Position numbers and translations under genes: made by a program. The notes beneath the pieces were generated by a model. It was given only the letters and a program-made list of their open reading frames with translations, made no database searches and had not been told where the DNA came from. This document shows, in pieces, positions 10,590-21,155 of a stretch of DNA of 64,000 bases; position 1 is the stretch's first letter, and every line of letters starts with the position of its first letter. The stretch is from an uncultured Chitinophagaceae bacterium (lineage in GTDB: Bacteria; Bacteroidota; Bacteroidia; Chitinophagales; Chitinophagaceae). The stretch spans positions 20,139 through 84,138 of the forward strand of contig CAVRFP010000011.1 in assembly GCA_963720405.1 (NCBI GenBank). Reading direction: 5' to 3'.

Positions 10590-10674
10590 GTGCAAGGTTC
10601 GCTTGTGCTATTGTGGTACCTGAAAGAATATTGAACCTTTGAATTTTCGTATCGGCAAGCGGATACATGCGCCA
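10590..10674 (+). repeat. REPIN family C copy
   Basis: Shares cgcttgtgctattgtggt...aaagaa...attttcgtat...gcgcca with 9860-9931. Confidence 0.7.
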
Positions 10675-10700
10675 TTGAGGGTCTTATGCTATTGCGGTTT

Positions 10701-10734
10701 CCCCTCTCCCTGGTTCGTGTCTTCACGAACCATT
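10701..10734 (+). repeat. REP D (CCCTCTCCCTGGTTCGTGTCTTCACGAACCATT) abutting IS copy 1
   Basis: Palindrome TGGTTCGTG-tctt-CACGAACCA, identical to 20668-20700 and to the reverse complement of 22195-22228. Confidence 0.9.
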
Positions 10735-10754
10735 TGACTCGTCCTAAAAAAAGT

Positions 10755-11746
10755 TTACAAGTTAATAGTTAAATCCTGTAATAGGTTTACAGGATTTATT
10801 TCATTTTTGCTTTCAAAGTTATTTAGTTTTTTATAATAATTTTTCCATAGTCTCTGATGGTTTATTTTTTGATTGTTATGTAATTGGGTCGGAGTTAAAT
10901 TGCTAATGCTCATGTGTGGCCTGTCGTTGTTGTAGAGATTAATAGCCTTTTTTAATTGTTTGGTTGCTTCCTGTAAATTTTCAGTTTGGTAGTTGTTTAG
11001 GTATTCTTTTTTGATTATTCCATTCACTCTTTCAGCGATAGCGTTTTCTAATGGATCTCCATTTTCGGTCATACTGATCCTGATGGCATTGTCCTGCAAT
11101 AGCTTTACATACTTGCTACTGCAATACTGCATTCCTCTGTCACTGTGATGGATAAGCTGCAATGGCACAGCAGCCCCATCAAGGGCTGCAAGGGCCATTT
11201 GCAGCGCTTGAATGCTTTTGATGGCTTCCATTGTTTCTGCTACATGATAGCCAACTATTTTGCGGGAGTAAGCATCAGTGATTAAACTAACATAAAGATG
11301 TTCGCCCGTAGCTATCTTCCAATATGTGATATCGCTAACCCATAATTGGTTGATCGCTATGGGAATAAAATCCCTGATTAAATTCGGATACTTTCTAAGC
11401 CAATGATTGGAATAAGTTGTTTGTATCTTTCGCTTTCTTTTCTTTATCAGTAACTGATTAGCAGCCAGCAAGTCAAACAAAGCATCTCTTCCCATCTTTA
11501 TACAATGTTCCATCATAAAGGGCTGGAGCATGTCATGCAGCTTCCTGGCACCAATAACTTTATGCTCTTTTCTGATAACCATTACTTCCTTTAATATTAG
11601 TAAATCAGCCGTTTGTACGTCTTCTGCTTCCCATGAATGTTGATAATATGCCTGGCGGCTGATACCAAATAATCTGCAAATACGCGATAGGCCTATCTTA
11701 GAATATTTGCATTTTAATTCATGGACTATTTGGTATTGGGCTTTTT
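10755..11746 (-). CDS. IS3 OrfB DDE transposase; frame open from the -1 frameshift site (first ATG 11582)
   Basis: WVSDITY, IHHSDRGMQY and ENAIAERVNGIIK integrase-core motifs. Confidence 0.92.
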
Positions 11747-12127
11747 TCTAATCGGAATCTTCAGTTCGGTTTCTGCTATCTCTATCATTCTTCGGTATCC
11801 TTCAGCCTGTAATTTAGCGTCTTCAAGTTCCTTTTTAAGAAACTCGATTTGCTGTTGCTCCGGAGTTAATGATTGTTTCTTTTTGTGTTTATCTGGCAAT
11901 GTTTGAAAATTTTCAACGCCAATATACACACTTCTTGTTCGCCTGCCTGTGCCTTCCTTATAACCAAGCTGTCTTAACCAGACATGAACCAGTGAATGGC
12001 AACTAAGATTGTATTTCTTTACACAATCTCTTAGACGAAGACCATTTTCAATATGATCTTTACAGATCTGATGTTTTAATTCAAGGCTGTAATAAGCCTT
12101 ACTTGCAAAATCATTTGATATATACAT
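11726..12127 (-). CDS. IS3 OrfA (HTH plus coiled coil)
   Basis: YSLELKHQI...HVWLRQLG HTH; ends IRKKPNTK over an A AAA AAG slippery motif. Confidence 0.9.
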   Translation of the reverse strand: MYISNDFASKAYYSLELKHQICKDHIENGLRLRDCVKKYNLSCHSLVHVWLRQLGYKEGTGRRTRSVYIGVENFQTLPDKHKKKQSLTPEQQQIEFLKKELEDAKLQAEGYRRMIEIAETELKIPIRKKPNTK

Positions 12128-12169
12128 TTTACACGTTTTTGTGTAAACCTATTTTAGGACAAGACACTC

Positions 12170-12266
12170 CGCTCTCGCGCAGGCCTCCTGACCTGTATGT
12201 GTTTGCTATTTATTAATCAAACTTTAGTAACGATCAGTCACCGGTCATGAGACCGGCGCCAATACT
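12170..12266 (+). repeat. REPIN family F copy
   Basis: gcgcaggcctcctgacctg...caccggtcatgagaccggcgcc; inverted homologue at 23316-23411. Confidence 0.85.
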
Positions 12267-12273
12267 GGAAGTC

Positions 12274-12399
12274 GTTAAAATGTGGAAAAACTACTTTTTG
12301 GCTTATCTCACGGTCTAAGCATTCTTATTTATCCGTAGTTGAAAACATACGGACAGCGGAGATTTTTTATTTGGATATTATACGGATAGCTGGGGACAC
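12274..12399 (+). repeat. Motif A element, ~125-bp copy
   Basis: Matches 6950-7076 and 4144-4261; internal hairpin tccgta...tacgga. Confidence 0.88.
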
Positions 12400-12720
12400 G
12401 CTATTTTCATAATTACTATACCCATTGCTTTGACATTTGAATTCTTTTTAATAGATTTAATAGTCCAATCTTATCAACACCTACAAAGGTTTCCCTCTAA
12501 ACAGGAGCTACTATCAGTTATTTAAATGAACAGGCACTTAGTTTTGACTTAGTGGATTTTGCAAATCATACGGACCACGGCATTGTGGAAATTATGCGAT
12601 GATAGTTTGTTTTAAGCAAAATTTTAGCCCACATTGGATTTGTTCGTCATGCCACAAAAATTCCAGGATCCCAGTATCCTTTAAGAACTGTACAATTTAA
12701 TAACAAAGTAAAACTCTACT

Positions 12721-13746
12721 ATGAAATTGATAACAAACAAACTGTTCACGACAAGTATGCTGATTCTTGTATCACTACTTTTTTCCTTCATAACTTGTGC
12801 TCAAAGTAAAAATACATTATCACTCAAAGCCGGACAAACTTTTAAAGATTGCCCAACTTGCCCTGAGATGGTTGTGATACCCGCCGGTAGCTTTTTGATC
12901 GGCTCACCAGTTAATGAAAAGGGGCGTTTTAGTGATTCAACGCAAACTCCTATCGAAGGACCACAACGCAAAATAAATATTAAACAATTTGCTGCCGGAA
13001 AATTTGACGTCACTAAGGAGCAATGGGCTGAATTTGTGAAAGCCACCAATCGCAAAACAACTGGTGGCTGCATGTTTGCAAGGCTTCCGGGAAGTGATAC
13101 AACTCAGCCATGGCTACCCGATTCTTCCGCCAACTGGAATCATGTTGGATTTAAACAAGATAGTAGCCATCCTGTTGTCTGTGTAAGCTGGAAAGATGCA
13201 CAGGATTATGCAAAGTGGCTTAGCAACAAAACCGGGTTTTCATACCGCTTGTTTACAGAATCTGAATGGGAATACGCAGACAGGGCAGCTACAACGACGC
13301 CTTATTATTGGGGTGATACAGTAAACAGGAAATATGCCAACTATGGCAATGATAGTGTACCTGGTAAAGGCTTTGCTGAAGGGGATGACAAATGGGAATA
13401 CACTTCGCCCGTTGGTTCATTTCCACCCAATCAATTTGGATTATATGATATGAATGGTAACGTCTATCAATGGGTGGAAGACTGCCTTTCGATTACCTAT
13501 TCCAATTATAAATCAGACGGTACCAGTTACGCAGCAAACATAATTTTAAATTTTGCCGAGGGACCTTTCAGCATTGCAAATGGGAAGAACTCTTGCGATT
13601 TACACGGTGTGCGAGGTGGTAGTTTTGGTGACACTCCCCCATTTATTCGTTCAGCCGCGAGAAATTTCGGCGCACTTCCCGGTGTGATGATACCAGATCT
13701 ATCGCGCAGTGCAGGAGGAGGTGTTCGTGTGGCAAGAACTCTATAA
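12721..13746 (+). CDS. Formylglycine-generating-enzyme (FGE-sulfatase) domain protein, secreted
   Basis: FKDCPTCPEMVVIPAG, HPVVCVSWKDA, RLFTESEWEYA, PNQFGLYDMNGNVYQW and RGGS motifs. Confidence 0.92.
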   Translation: MKLITNKLFTTSMLILVSLLFSFITCAQSKNTLSLKAGQTFKDCPTCPEMVVIPAGSFLIGSPVNEKGRFSDSTQTPIEGPQRKINIKQFAAGKFDVTKEQWAEFVKATNRKTTGGCMFARLPGSDTTQPWLPDSSANWNHVGFKQDSSHPVVCVSWKDAQDYAKWLSNKTGFSYRLFTESEWEYADRAATTTPYYWGDTVNRKYANYGNDSVPGKGFAEGDDKWEYTSPVGSFPPNQFGLYDMNGNVYQWVEDCLSITYSNYKSDGTSYAANIILNFAEGPFSIANGKNSCDLHGVRGGSFGDTPPFIRSAARNFGALPGVMIPDLSRSAGGGVRVARTL

Positions 13747-13791
13747 GAATGTTCTTAGATGACCAGGAAGGCCCACATTGGCGTGGGGGTT

Positions 13792-14079
13792 TCATGCTAT
13801 TTTAATATCAACCTCAATCTCATTTAAGGAATCCGTAACATAATTAAGATAATTCATCGCGTCCGCCACAAAATCTTTTAAATCCTTTTTCATAGACATT
13901 CGGTCCAGAGGAGTCTCCTGCTTTAAAAAAATGACTGCATGATAATTTAAGTACTCACAATAATGATTCAGCGGTTCGTTACTATGTTTTGTTTTTCCTT
14001 CAATCTCTAATTGATCATTTTCAAAACATATAGACCATGTTCTCCAATAAATTCCCTGCTTTCTATTTTCGGAATACAT
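13792..14079 (-). CDS. Hypothetical protein, possibly 5'-truncated
   Basis: 95-aa ORF with no recognised motif. Confidence 0.4.
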   Translation of the reverse strand: MYSENRKQGIYWRTWSICFENDQLEIEGKTKHSNEPLNHYCEYLNYHAVIFLKQETPLDRMSMKKDLKDFVADAMNYLNYVTDSLNEIEVDIKIA

Positions 14080-14236
14080 AATACCTCTATCATAAATATC
14101 AAGGCAAACATTCCAGTATTTTCATCTGCCGAATTATTTTGTGCGCGTGCTGTTATGTCATCGAATAGATAATATAACTATTAGAATTGTACGTTTGATG
14201 TTTATTTTTTAGATAAATAAATACATTTAAAACTGT

Positions 14237-16708
14237 TTACTGTACTCTTCCCTTTTCCTCTTCTGCACCTGTGCTGCGCTCCCGCTTTTCCTTTAATTTT
14301 TCCTTTCCAAAGTTATGCGTGAAAATAAGTTTGTAAGCAGGCGGGGAGAAACTGAGGTTGAAATTAGAGACAAGGTTTTGCTCAGGTAAATCAGTGACGG
14401 ACCTTATCGTCATTGAATTCAGAATATCAGTTGCATTAAACTGTAATGAGCTTTTTTGGCTCAGATTTTTCTTTATCCCTATATCAAGCGATCCAAAAGG
14501 TTTTACCTTATATATTCCTGAGAGGGATTTTGATTGATAAAAGCCGGACAACTCGAGTGAAAACTTTTTCGGTAATTTAAACTGCTCACTTCCGTAAATA
14601 TTCACATTGGCGTAGCTCAACCTCACCGGCTCTTTTTTATAGATAGCATTTACCTGTTGCCATTGCCCTGTAATATTTAAATTTATTGTCCACCAGTCAT
14701 TCATTTTAATTGGTAAAGAAACAACAGCTGAAATAATTTTTTGATTTTCAAGATTCTGAGGTGTAAGAATCGTTGTAAGGGTTGTAGAATCCGTTTGCGC
14801 CTGAAAGCCGGTAATAGCGTTTTTTTCTACGCTGTAAGAAATTGAAAACAGGTACGATTTAAAAATATAATCTCCCTTGATTGTTTTGCTAATAGAAGGT
14901 TGCAATGCAGGATTGCCGGTAATCTCTGTTTTTGCATCAATGTAATATGTAAACGGCGCCAGGTCAGTAAAGGATGGCCTGTTAATACGCGTATTAAGTG
15001 AAAAATTGACTTTATTGTTTTCGTTTAGGGTATGCGACAGGAACACGGTTGGAAAAATATTTCCATAATGGCGATCCACCACATTTTTTATTGTCTCGGT
15101 TCCGAGGTTTGAATTTGTGTATTCATAACGTAAACCCAACTTGGCTTCAGTCTTGTCATTAACAGGTACATCAAAAGAAACATAACCTGCTGAATAGTTT
15201 TCCTTCATTGTATATTTTGCTGAAAGTGACTCGTCCTTTAACCATGAATATTGATCCATTCTTTCAAAACTTATGTTATTTTTGAATCCGGAAAAGGTTT
15301 GTTTAATGCCACTTTCCATGGTTATTTTCTTCCCAATTTTACTTTTATAATCTAAGGCTCCAACCCAAAATTTCATATAAGTGATTTTGCCGCTGCGGGT
15401 GGCCAGATTGTAAACAAAATTTCCGGAGCCATCATAGTTAGACGCAAAATAATTTACCGGTTGATTGTTTTTGTAAGGGAGATAATCAAGATTCAGCATG
15501 AGGCCTGAATTCCCGCTAAAATTATGGTTGGTATTTAAGTTAATTCCAAAATTGGCCCAATCATTCAATTCGCGATTTGAATAATTGGTTAAAGTGTCAG
15601 CGATTTTATTTTTAGATACGGAACTTTGAGAGTGCTCAGACTGTGTAAAATGTCTTTTATAACCTGTAACCAATATTCCGGCAACGGTTTGTTTATTAAG
15701 CTGGTAATCCACACCCAGCCTGGCATTTATTAGTATCGTTGTGTCGGTCCTGTTTATAGTAGTATATTTCTCAAAAACATTTTCTTTATTCCTTATTTTG
15801 CTATTGCCATCAAACCTGAAAGGCCCTTTTTGGCGTGAATAAGAAATGTCGCCGTAAATATTCAGCTTGCCTTTGCGATGATTGAAATTGATGCCTGCTA
15901 CACTCACTAATCCTTTGCCATATCCCAGGGTTAAGTTATAAGATCCATTTGTACCAACATTCTTGTTTTCTTTTAATACGATATTGATGTAGCCTGCATT
16001 TCCCGCTGCATCAAAGCTGGCTGGCGGCGTGGTGATCAGCTCTATTTTCTCTATATTTCCCGAATTCATGCCGGACAACATTTCAACCACGGCAGCTACA
16101 GGTAAGTGGCTCAGCTTTCCATTAATCATCAACTGCACTCCATCTTTTCCATTCATGGAAATAAGATTGTTCTGATGGTCAACAATTACACCTGGTGATC
16201 GCTCTAATATTTGCAATGCTGTATTGCCTGCTGCAGTAATGCTATTGGCAACATTAATAACGAGCCGGTCAATCTTTTGCTCAAGCAATGGTTTTTTTGC
16301 AGTAACGGTTACGTCATTTAATTGTGCTGGTTCTTCAGTAAGCGTAATGTCATCAATAATAACATCGCGGTTTGATTTATCAGCAATAAAAATCTTGCTG
16401 TAAGCTTGCTTATAACCTATAAAACTTGATGCAATAAAATAGGTTCCGTCTTTAATATTACTAAAAGCATATACGCCGGTATTGTCGCATATCATTGCTT
16501 TTATCAATGAAGAATCATTTGAGCGTAACAATAAAACTGAAGCATTTACCGCAGGTTCATTGTTTGAATTCAACACTTTGCCGCGAATAACTGATTGAGA
16601 AAAGCTTAATTGGTAAACACATGCTAATCCTATTACGACTACGGCAACAACAATTTGTTTTGGTAAGATCAATTGTGGCAGAGTGGCTATAAAAAGGAAT
16701 TGTTTCAT
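14237..16708 (-). CDS. TonB-dependent receptor / outer-membrane beta-barrel family protein
   Basis: Carboxypeptidase-regulatory-like N-terminus, plug motif LERSPGV...[18 protein letters not shown], beta-barrel body. Confidence 0.9.
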   Translation of the reverse strand: MKQFLFIATLPQLILPKQIVVAVVVIGLACVYQLSFSQSVIRGKVLNSNNEPAVNASVLLLRSNDSSLIKAMICDNTGVYAFSNIKDGTYFIASSFIGYKQAYSKIFIADKSNRDVIIDDITLTEEPAQLNDVTVTAKKPLLEQKIDRLVINVANSITAAGNTALQILERSPGVIVDHQNNLISMNGKDGVQLMINGKLSHLPVAAVVEMLSGMNSGNIEKIELITTPPASFDAAGNAGYINIVLKENKNVGTNGSYNLTLGYGKGLVSVAGINFNHRKGKLNIYGDISYSRQKGPFRFDGNSKIRNKENVFEKYTTINRTDTTILINARLGVDYQLNKQTVAGILVTGYKRHFTQSEHSQSSVSKNKIADTLTNYSNRELNDWANFGINLNTNHNFSGNSGLMLNLDYLPYKNNQPVNYFASNYDGSGNFVYNLATRSGKITYMKFWVGALDYKSKIGKKITMESGIKQTFSGFKNNISFERMDQYSWLKDESLSAKYTMKENYSAGYVSFDVPVNDKTEAKLGLRYEYTNSNLGTETIKNVVDRHYGNIFPTVFLSHTLNENNKVNFSLNTRINRPSFTDLAPFTYYIDAKTEITGNPALQPSISKTIKGDYIFKSYLFSISYSVEKNAITGFQAQTDSTTLTTILTPQNLENQKIISAVVSLPIKMNDWWTINLNITGQWQQVNAIYKKEPVRLSYANVNIYGSEQFKLPKKFSLELSGFYQSKSLSGIYKVKPFGSLDIGIKKNLSQKSSLQFNATDILNSMTIRSVTDLPEQNLVSNFNLSFSPPAYKLIFTHNFGKEKLKEKRERSTGAEEEKGRVQ

Positions 16709-16983
16709 GGTGATTGTTTTAAAAATTTTGTTATGGAGGTCTGGTAGCTATAAAATAAACTTTCATCTTGCCTTTGCTTGATTTTTATATGGTGCTGTGA
16801 ATAAACACAACTGTTAGAATAATTAAAAGTAAACTGCTGAGATTTAAGAAAATAGTAGTTGTGGTTATTACAATCAAAATTTGTGTCTGTTTATGTAAAC
16901 ATCAATACAAGACTCAATTAAAAGTCTGTTTTATTATTGCCTTTGTATCGGTCATCATAACTACTGCACATTTTGCTAATATT

Positions 16984-18642
16984 CTAATATTTATCATTGC
17001 TTGTATGCTTTGCCATTGCTGCCTGTAATATAGGTGTATTTGCAATTAACGATGACGTAAGTATTTGAGCTGAATCTTTTGGAAGTACGGCATTTGCCAT
17101 GCGAATCATATCAACCACACGCCGTGCATGTTCATACTGAAGAATACGTGCATAAGCCGGAACATCAGCAATGATCGTCGGGCTAAATTCAACAGGATCA
17201 CCTATTTTAGCTTTTCTTGACTTTGGTATGCCTGCTTTTTTTAGCATTTCAGCAGCGGCCTTTTCGCACTGCTTCCGTTGGTTTTCATATTCAGCATCTA
17301 CTATTAATTCAACACCAACAAATCCGATTGTTACTGCAGGTTTGGCGATAACATTGATTAGTATGTTTCCTGTAATTGAGCCATCAGTAATTGTACAGCT
17401 AACTGTTATATCAAAATTTGCTTCATTTCCAACGCTTCTGAGCGTTAAATCATTATTGATAAACTTACATTGTACTGCTATCGTTTTAGTAATGATTTTT
17501 GATTTATGTCCATCAAAAGCTTCTGCAATTACATCCAGCCATAATGTTGTGTCGTTTGTAACTAAGTTTCCTTCAACTGTCCAAACTAATTGCGGTTGGC
17601 GATAACGTTGAGTTTCTACGCTCAGGTGTACAATTTCATCTCGTTTAACCAAAGTTAATTTGTAATCTCTATCTGCAAAGCAACACTGTGGTAAAAGGTT
17701 ACAAAGCCGGCTGTCATTTGGATCTGGTCGGAAAGTACTGTGTATTACATCCCGATGTTCTAAACGAATTTTACCAAGAATTCTCGCCTGGTAATCCCGA
17801 TCAATCGGTATAACTGTTTTTCCGTATTGATTAGACCAGTAAGCAGTCACATGCGCACCATTTACCCAAGCAGCCTGTCCAGGTAATTTTGGTGATTTGT
17901 TGCCTCCAATTATCGCAGCGTCGCCAATTTCTCCTTTTTGTGGGTTATCAGCGTACCATGCGTCTGCTTCTGGGTCAGATAACATTTCTACTAATTCATG
18001 CGTGAATACACCAATTACATCCTCAGGATCACTGTCTGGTGTATCACCATATGATTTTACCCATGCAACCCAATACCAATCAATATCCCATGGAAAAGTA
18101 TAATTATAATCTTTCGTATGCGAACCGAGTTCTCCAATTGATTCTGTAAACCCTTTTGGCATGAACACGATAAATGCTATTTTCTCATCATCTGGATCAG
18201 GAAAAACATCATCATCAATCAGATCATCAATTAGATCGGGAACTGCTTGTACGTCGTCCTTAGAATTAAAAGCTGAAGGAGGGCCAGGACTTGTGACGAC
18301 TTTAGCACCTCGCCAGTGTGGTCGATCTATTCCATATTGTTTAAGTTCCGAAAAATAATCGCTGGCTAATACCGCTTGTACACGTGTAATAATCAGTACC
18401 TGCCTGGAGATGCCTTCAGCACTGTTCCACCAATCGCCCCAAAATAATAGCTCTACAGGCATTCCGCTACCTACAGGTCCCCCATGATGCTGTACTGAAA
18501 AACCTGGAAGCTTTGAATCAGCAAAAACCAATACGGGCACATCAGGATGCGACCAGGAGCTTTGAAAAGACTGTTCACTAAATAATAAAGTTGTGTATGA
18601 AAGACCATCTTTAATCTTAGTAATAGTTCGTGGGGAAGACAT
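16984..18642 (-). CDS. Hypothetical protein with Phi-1/EXORDIUM-like N-terminal domain
   Basis: HGGPV, LLFWG, THELVEMLSDP and AWY...GEIGD motifs; C-terminal half unrecognised. Confidence 0.6.
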   Translation of the reverse strand: MSSPRTITKIKDGLSYTTLLFSEQSFQSSWSHPDVPVLVFADSKLPGFSVQHHGGPVGSGMPVELLFWGDWWNSAEGISRQVLIITRVQAVLASDYFSELKQYGIDRPHWRGAKVVTSPGPPSAFNSKDDVQAVPDLIDDLIDDDVFPDPDDEKIAFIVFMPKGFTESIGELGSHTKDYNYTFPWDIDWYWVAWVKSYGDTPDSDPEDVIGVFTHELVEMLSDPEADAWYADNPQKGEIGDAAIIGGNKSPKLPGQAAWVNGAHVTAYWSNQYGKTVIPIDRDYQARILGKIRLEHRDVIHSTFRPDPNDSRLCNLLPQCCFADRDYKLTLVKRDEIVHLSVETQRYRQPQLVWTVEGNLVTNDTTLWLDVIAEAFDGHKSKIITKTIAVQCKFINNDLTLRSVGNEANFDITVSCTITDGSITGNILINVIAKPAVTIGFVGVELIVDAEYENQRKQCEKAAAEMLKKAGIPKSRKAKIGDPVEFSPTIIADVPAYARILQYEHARRVVDMIRMANAVLPKDSAQILTSSLIANTPILQAAMAKHTSNDKY

Positions 18643-18835
18643 AAAAAAAGTTTATCGTTAATGAATAAAAGTGTTATTAATAAACCCATAACAGTTGTAG
18701 AAAAAAGTTTCGGAGTTTTTATTTTTTTGTTTGAAATGCCTGATACGTTAATCATTAGTCGCAGTATGGCAGTTATTATTGCAACAACTCAATGCCATGA
18801 AACACTTGTGTCCGTTTGCAAAAAAATTGATTAAC

Positions 18836-18885
18836 CAAAAGTAAGATGAGGCAGGACTGAGAAAATAGTAAAAACACGACAAGTT
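18836..18885 (-). promoter_or_regulatory. Putative Bacteroidota -7 promoter (TACTTTTG) with upstream TGTCGTGTTTTTACTAT box
   Basis: TAnnTTTG match at 18836-18843 (minus strand), just downstream of the AraC gene. The upstream box is only a candidate AraC site. Confidence 0.4.
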
Positions 18886-18889
18886 TGGT

Positions 18890-19726
18890 TTACCCGATTA
18901 GGATTCGGTCTTCTTCTAAAAGAAAGGTGTCTTTCAGGAAAGTTTTTGGCGTATCTCCGGCGTATCTCTTAAAGTCTTTTATCAAATGCATCTGGTCGAA
19001 ATATCCTAATTCTTGTGCAATGGAAGTCCAAATCTTTTTTGGGTTTTGAAGTTTTAATTCAAGCGCATGATTGAAACGCGTAATACCGCAAAGTAATTTT
19101 GGCTGCATGCCGGTGGCAAGATGGAATGAACGTTCAAAATTCCGGACGCTCATGTTCGCATGCCGGGCAAGCATATCAACATGTATAACTCCGGCATTCT
19201 TCACAATTAAATGAATAGCGCTGCTGATAGCGTTTTGGTTGTAAATGTGTTTTCGCTTTTTTAAAAGGGACAAAAGAAAAGCATCTGCCAGAGCTGCCCT
19301 GTTAATGGAACTGGTAGCATGGTATAATTGCTCGTGTAATAATTTAATCTCTACATTAAAAATATCTTCACTGCTGATTATCCTGTTAATAATTTCAAAG
19401 GAGGGGATTTTAAAAAGCTGACTAAAGCCACCTGGCTTAAAAATTACCTGAAAAAAAGAATAAGCGCCATTGAAGTACATGTCCCCATTGTATTTGGACG
19501 ACATGCCCAAAACGTCGCAGGGTTTACCTTTTTTAAGAATTTCACCCGTACCAGGATTCAGTAACTTTACAGGCAAAGCTTTAAAAAAAAAATGTATGCT
19601 CGCTTCGTGCGAGGCATACCAGGGTTTAATAATATCAAAGCCGTTTGTATCAAACTCCCGGTAAACATAACGACGGATATAGGGCGCTAATGCAGGTGAT
19701 GGCGCAACTTCAAATGTCGTAACCAT
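18890..19726 (-). CDS. AraC-family transcriptional regulator (DUF6597-type N-terminus)
   Basis: PSPALAPYI N-terminus; SVRNFERSF and GYFDQMHLIKDFKRYAGDTP HTH motifs. Confidence 0.92.
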   Translation of the reverse strand: MVTTFEVAPSPALAPYIRRYVYREFDTNGFDIIKPWYASHEASIHFFFKALPVKLLNPGTGEILKKGKPCDVLGMSSKYNGDMYFNGAYSFFQVIFKPGGFSQLFKIPSFEIINRIISSEDIFNVEIKLLHEQLYHATSSINRAALADAFLLSLLKKRKHIYNQNAISSAIHLIVKNAGVIHVDMLARHANMSVRNFERSFHLATGMQPKLLCGITRFNHALELKLQNPKKIWTSIAQELGYFDQMHLIKDFKRYAGDTPKTFLKDTFLLEEDRILIG

Positions 19727-19819
19727 GTTTGCTATAATTTCCGTTAATAGTTCATGGCTTTTCTTTTAGGATACATGGTTTCTTTGATATTATCTCTTTA
19801 CTTATCCTGTATAAATTTC

Positions 19820-20014
19820 CACCGCCGGATTTTAATATTGCAAATGTTACCGGGTCGGTCAGCTTAACCAATAACGCCTGTATAAAAGTGCAGGGCAATT
19901 TCATGCACCATGCTTTTGGTTTGAAAATTCAATCAAACGTGTTATACCACCTGTATGTGTAACAGCGTACATAGCGTGCCAGTAAATGCTCGGCTTTACT
20001 TCGGAAGTTGTCAT
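19820..20014 (-). pseudogene. Degraded 5' fragment of a paralogous AraC gene
   Basis: Frame-broken translation MTTSEVKPS / LARYVRCYTYR / HEIALHF / QALLVKLTDPVTFAILKSG parallels the adjacent AraC N-terminus. Confidence 0.6.
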
Positions 20015-20199
20015 ATTGCTTCGCAATTTCACCTGGTAATTTATGATGTTTTTTTCATATGGATAACACTTTTTTTTGTGCTTTGCATATAGGCAACAAG
20101 CAAAAAGTATGGCTGGCTATGATAAGAACAAAATGGCTCACCCTTGTTGCTTCATAACCCGCAGAATTAGAATTGATTTCAAAACCGATTGATAAAAAA

Positions 20200-20660
20200 A
20201 TTCGTTCCGCTGATGCGGAATCTTTCACTGGAAGCGTATTGGTTCGCGTCGCCGAGGTCCTGGTCTCTGACGCATTTGCCGGACGCACGGTATCTGAGAC
20301 GGTTTGGAATGATGAGGGTCTCTTGTTGTCTGCCAGTGGATTTAAAAAATAAAAAACAGGTAAAAGAGTGATCAAAAGCACATAAAAAGCATATTTATAA
20401 AATAAATTTTTCGGCCTGCTGTTCTCGTAGCCATCCTGCTTGTGCGCTGCCATTTCCGCGGTTAGCTCTTCCCATTCTTTAAAGAGCATTTTGTGCAGCA
20501 TCTTTTCCCGTTCCAATTCTTTTTTAAGCTCAGCGTTCCTGAGCCGTAACTCATCGCTTTGATCTAAGCTTTCGATTGGTTGTTCTGTATCCACTGGATT
20601 TGTAATTATTTGTTGGTATTCGGGCGTAATAAGCCTAATAAATAATGCAATATTTATGCT
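20200..20660 (-). pseudogene. Fragment of a coiled-coil/single-TM hypothetical gene
   Basis: Coding-like core of ORF 20055..20780 (ELKKELEREKMLHKMLFKEW, one TM). The ORF start lies inside the IS/REP, and its tail looks like unrelated fragments. Confidence 0.45.
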
Positions 20661-20755
20661 CAAAAAACCCTCTCCCTGGTTCGTGTCTTCACGAACCATT
20701 CTTAAAACTTCCGCCCTGTCTTGTCCTAAAATAGGTTTACACAAAAACGTGTAAA

Positions 20756-21155
20756 ATGTATACATCAAATGATTTTGCAAGTAAGGCTTATTACAGCCTT
20801 GAATTAAAACATCAGATCTGTAAAGATCATATTGAAAATGGTCTTCGTCTAAGAGATTGTGTAAAGAAATACAATCTTAGTTGCCATTCACTGGTTCATG
20901 TCTGGTTAAGACAGCTTGGTTATAAGGAAGGCACAGGCAGGCGACAAAAGTGTGTATATTGGCGTTGAAAATTTTCAAACATTGCCAGATAAACACAAAA
21001 AGAAACAATCATTAACTCCGGAGCAACAGCAAATCGAGTTTCTTAAAAAGGAACTTGAAGACGCTAAATTACAGGCTGAAGGATACCGAAGAATGATAGA
21101 GATAGCAGAAACCGAACTGAAGATTCCGATTAGAAAAAAGCCCAATACCAAATAG
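20756..21155 (+). pseudogene. IS3 OrfA, frameshifted (2 nt missing near 20945)
   Basis: ggcgacaaaagtg here versus ggcgaacaagaagtg in copy 1. May be a sequencing error. Confidence 0.7.

Larger units (their letters stand above)
10735..12166 (-). mobile_element. IS3-family insertion sequence, copy 1 (1432 bp, apparently intact)
   Basis: Imperfect 25-bp IRs TGTCTTGTCCTAAAATAGGTTTACA / TGACTCGTCCTAAAAAAAGTTTACA with TG...CA ends; orfA plus DDE orfB. No target duplication seen. Confidence 0.95.

Noticed and set aside
20055-20780. 241-aa ORF as an intact gene
   Set aside because: It starts inside the IS and reads through a REP, so it is a chimera of fragments.
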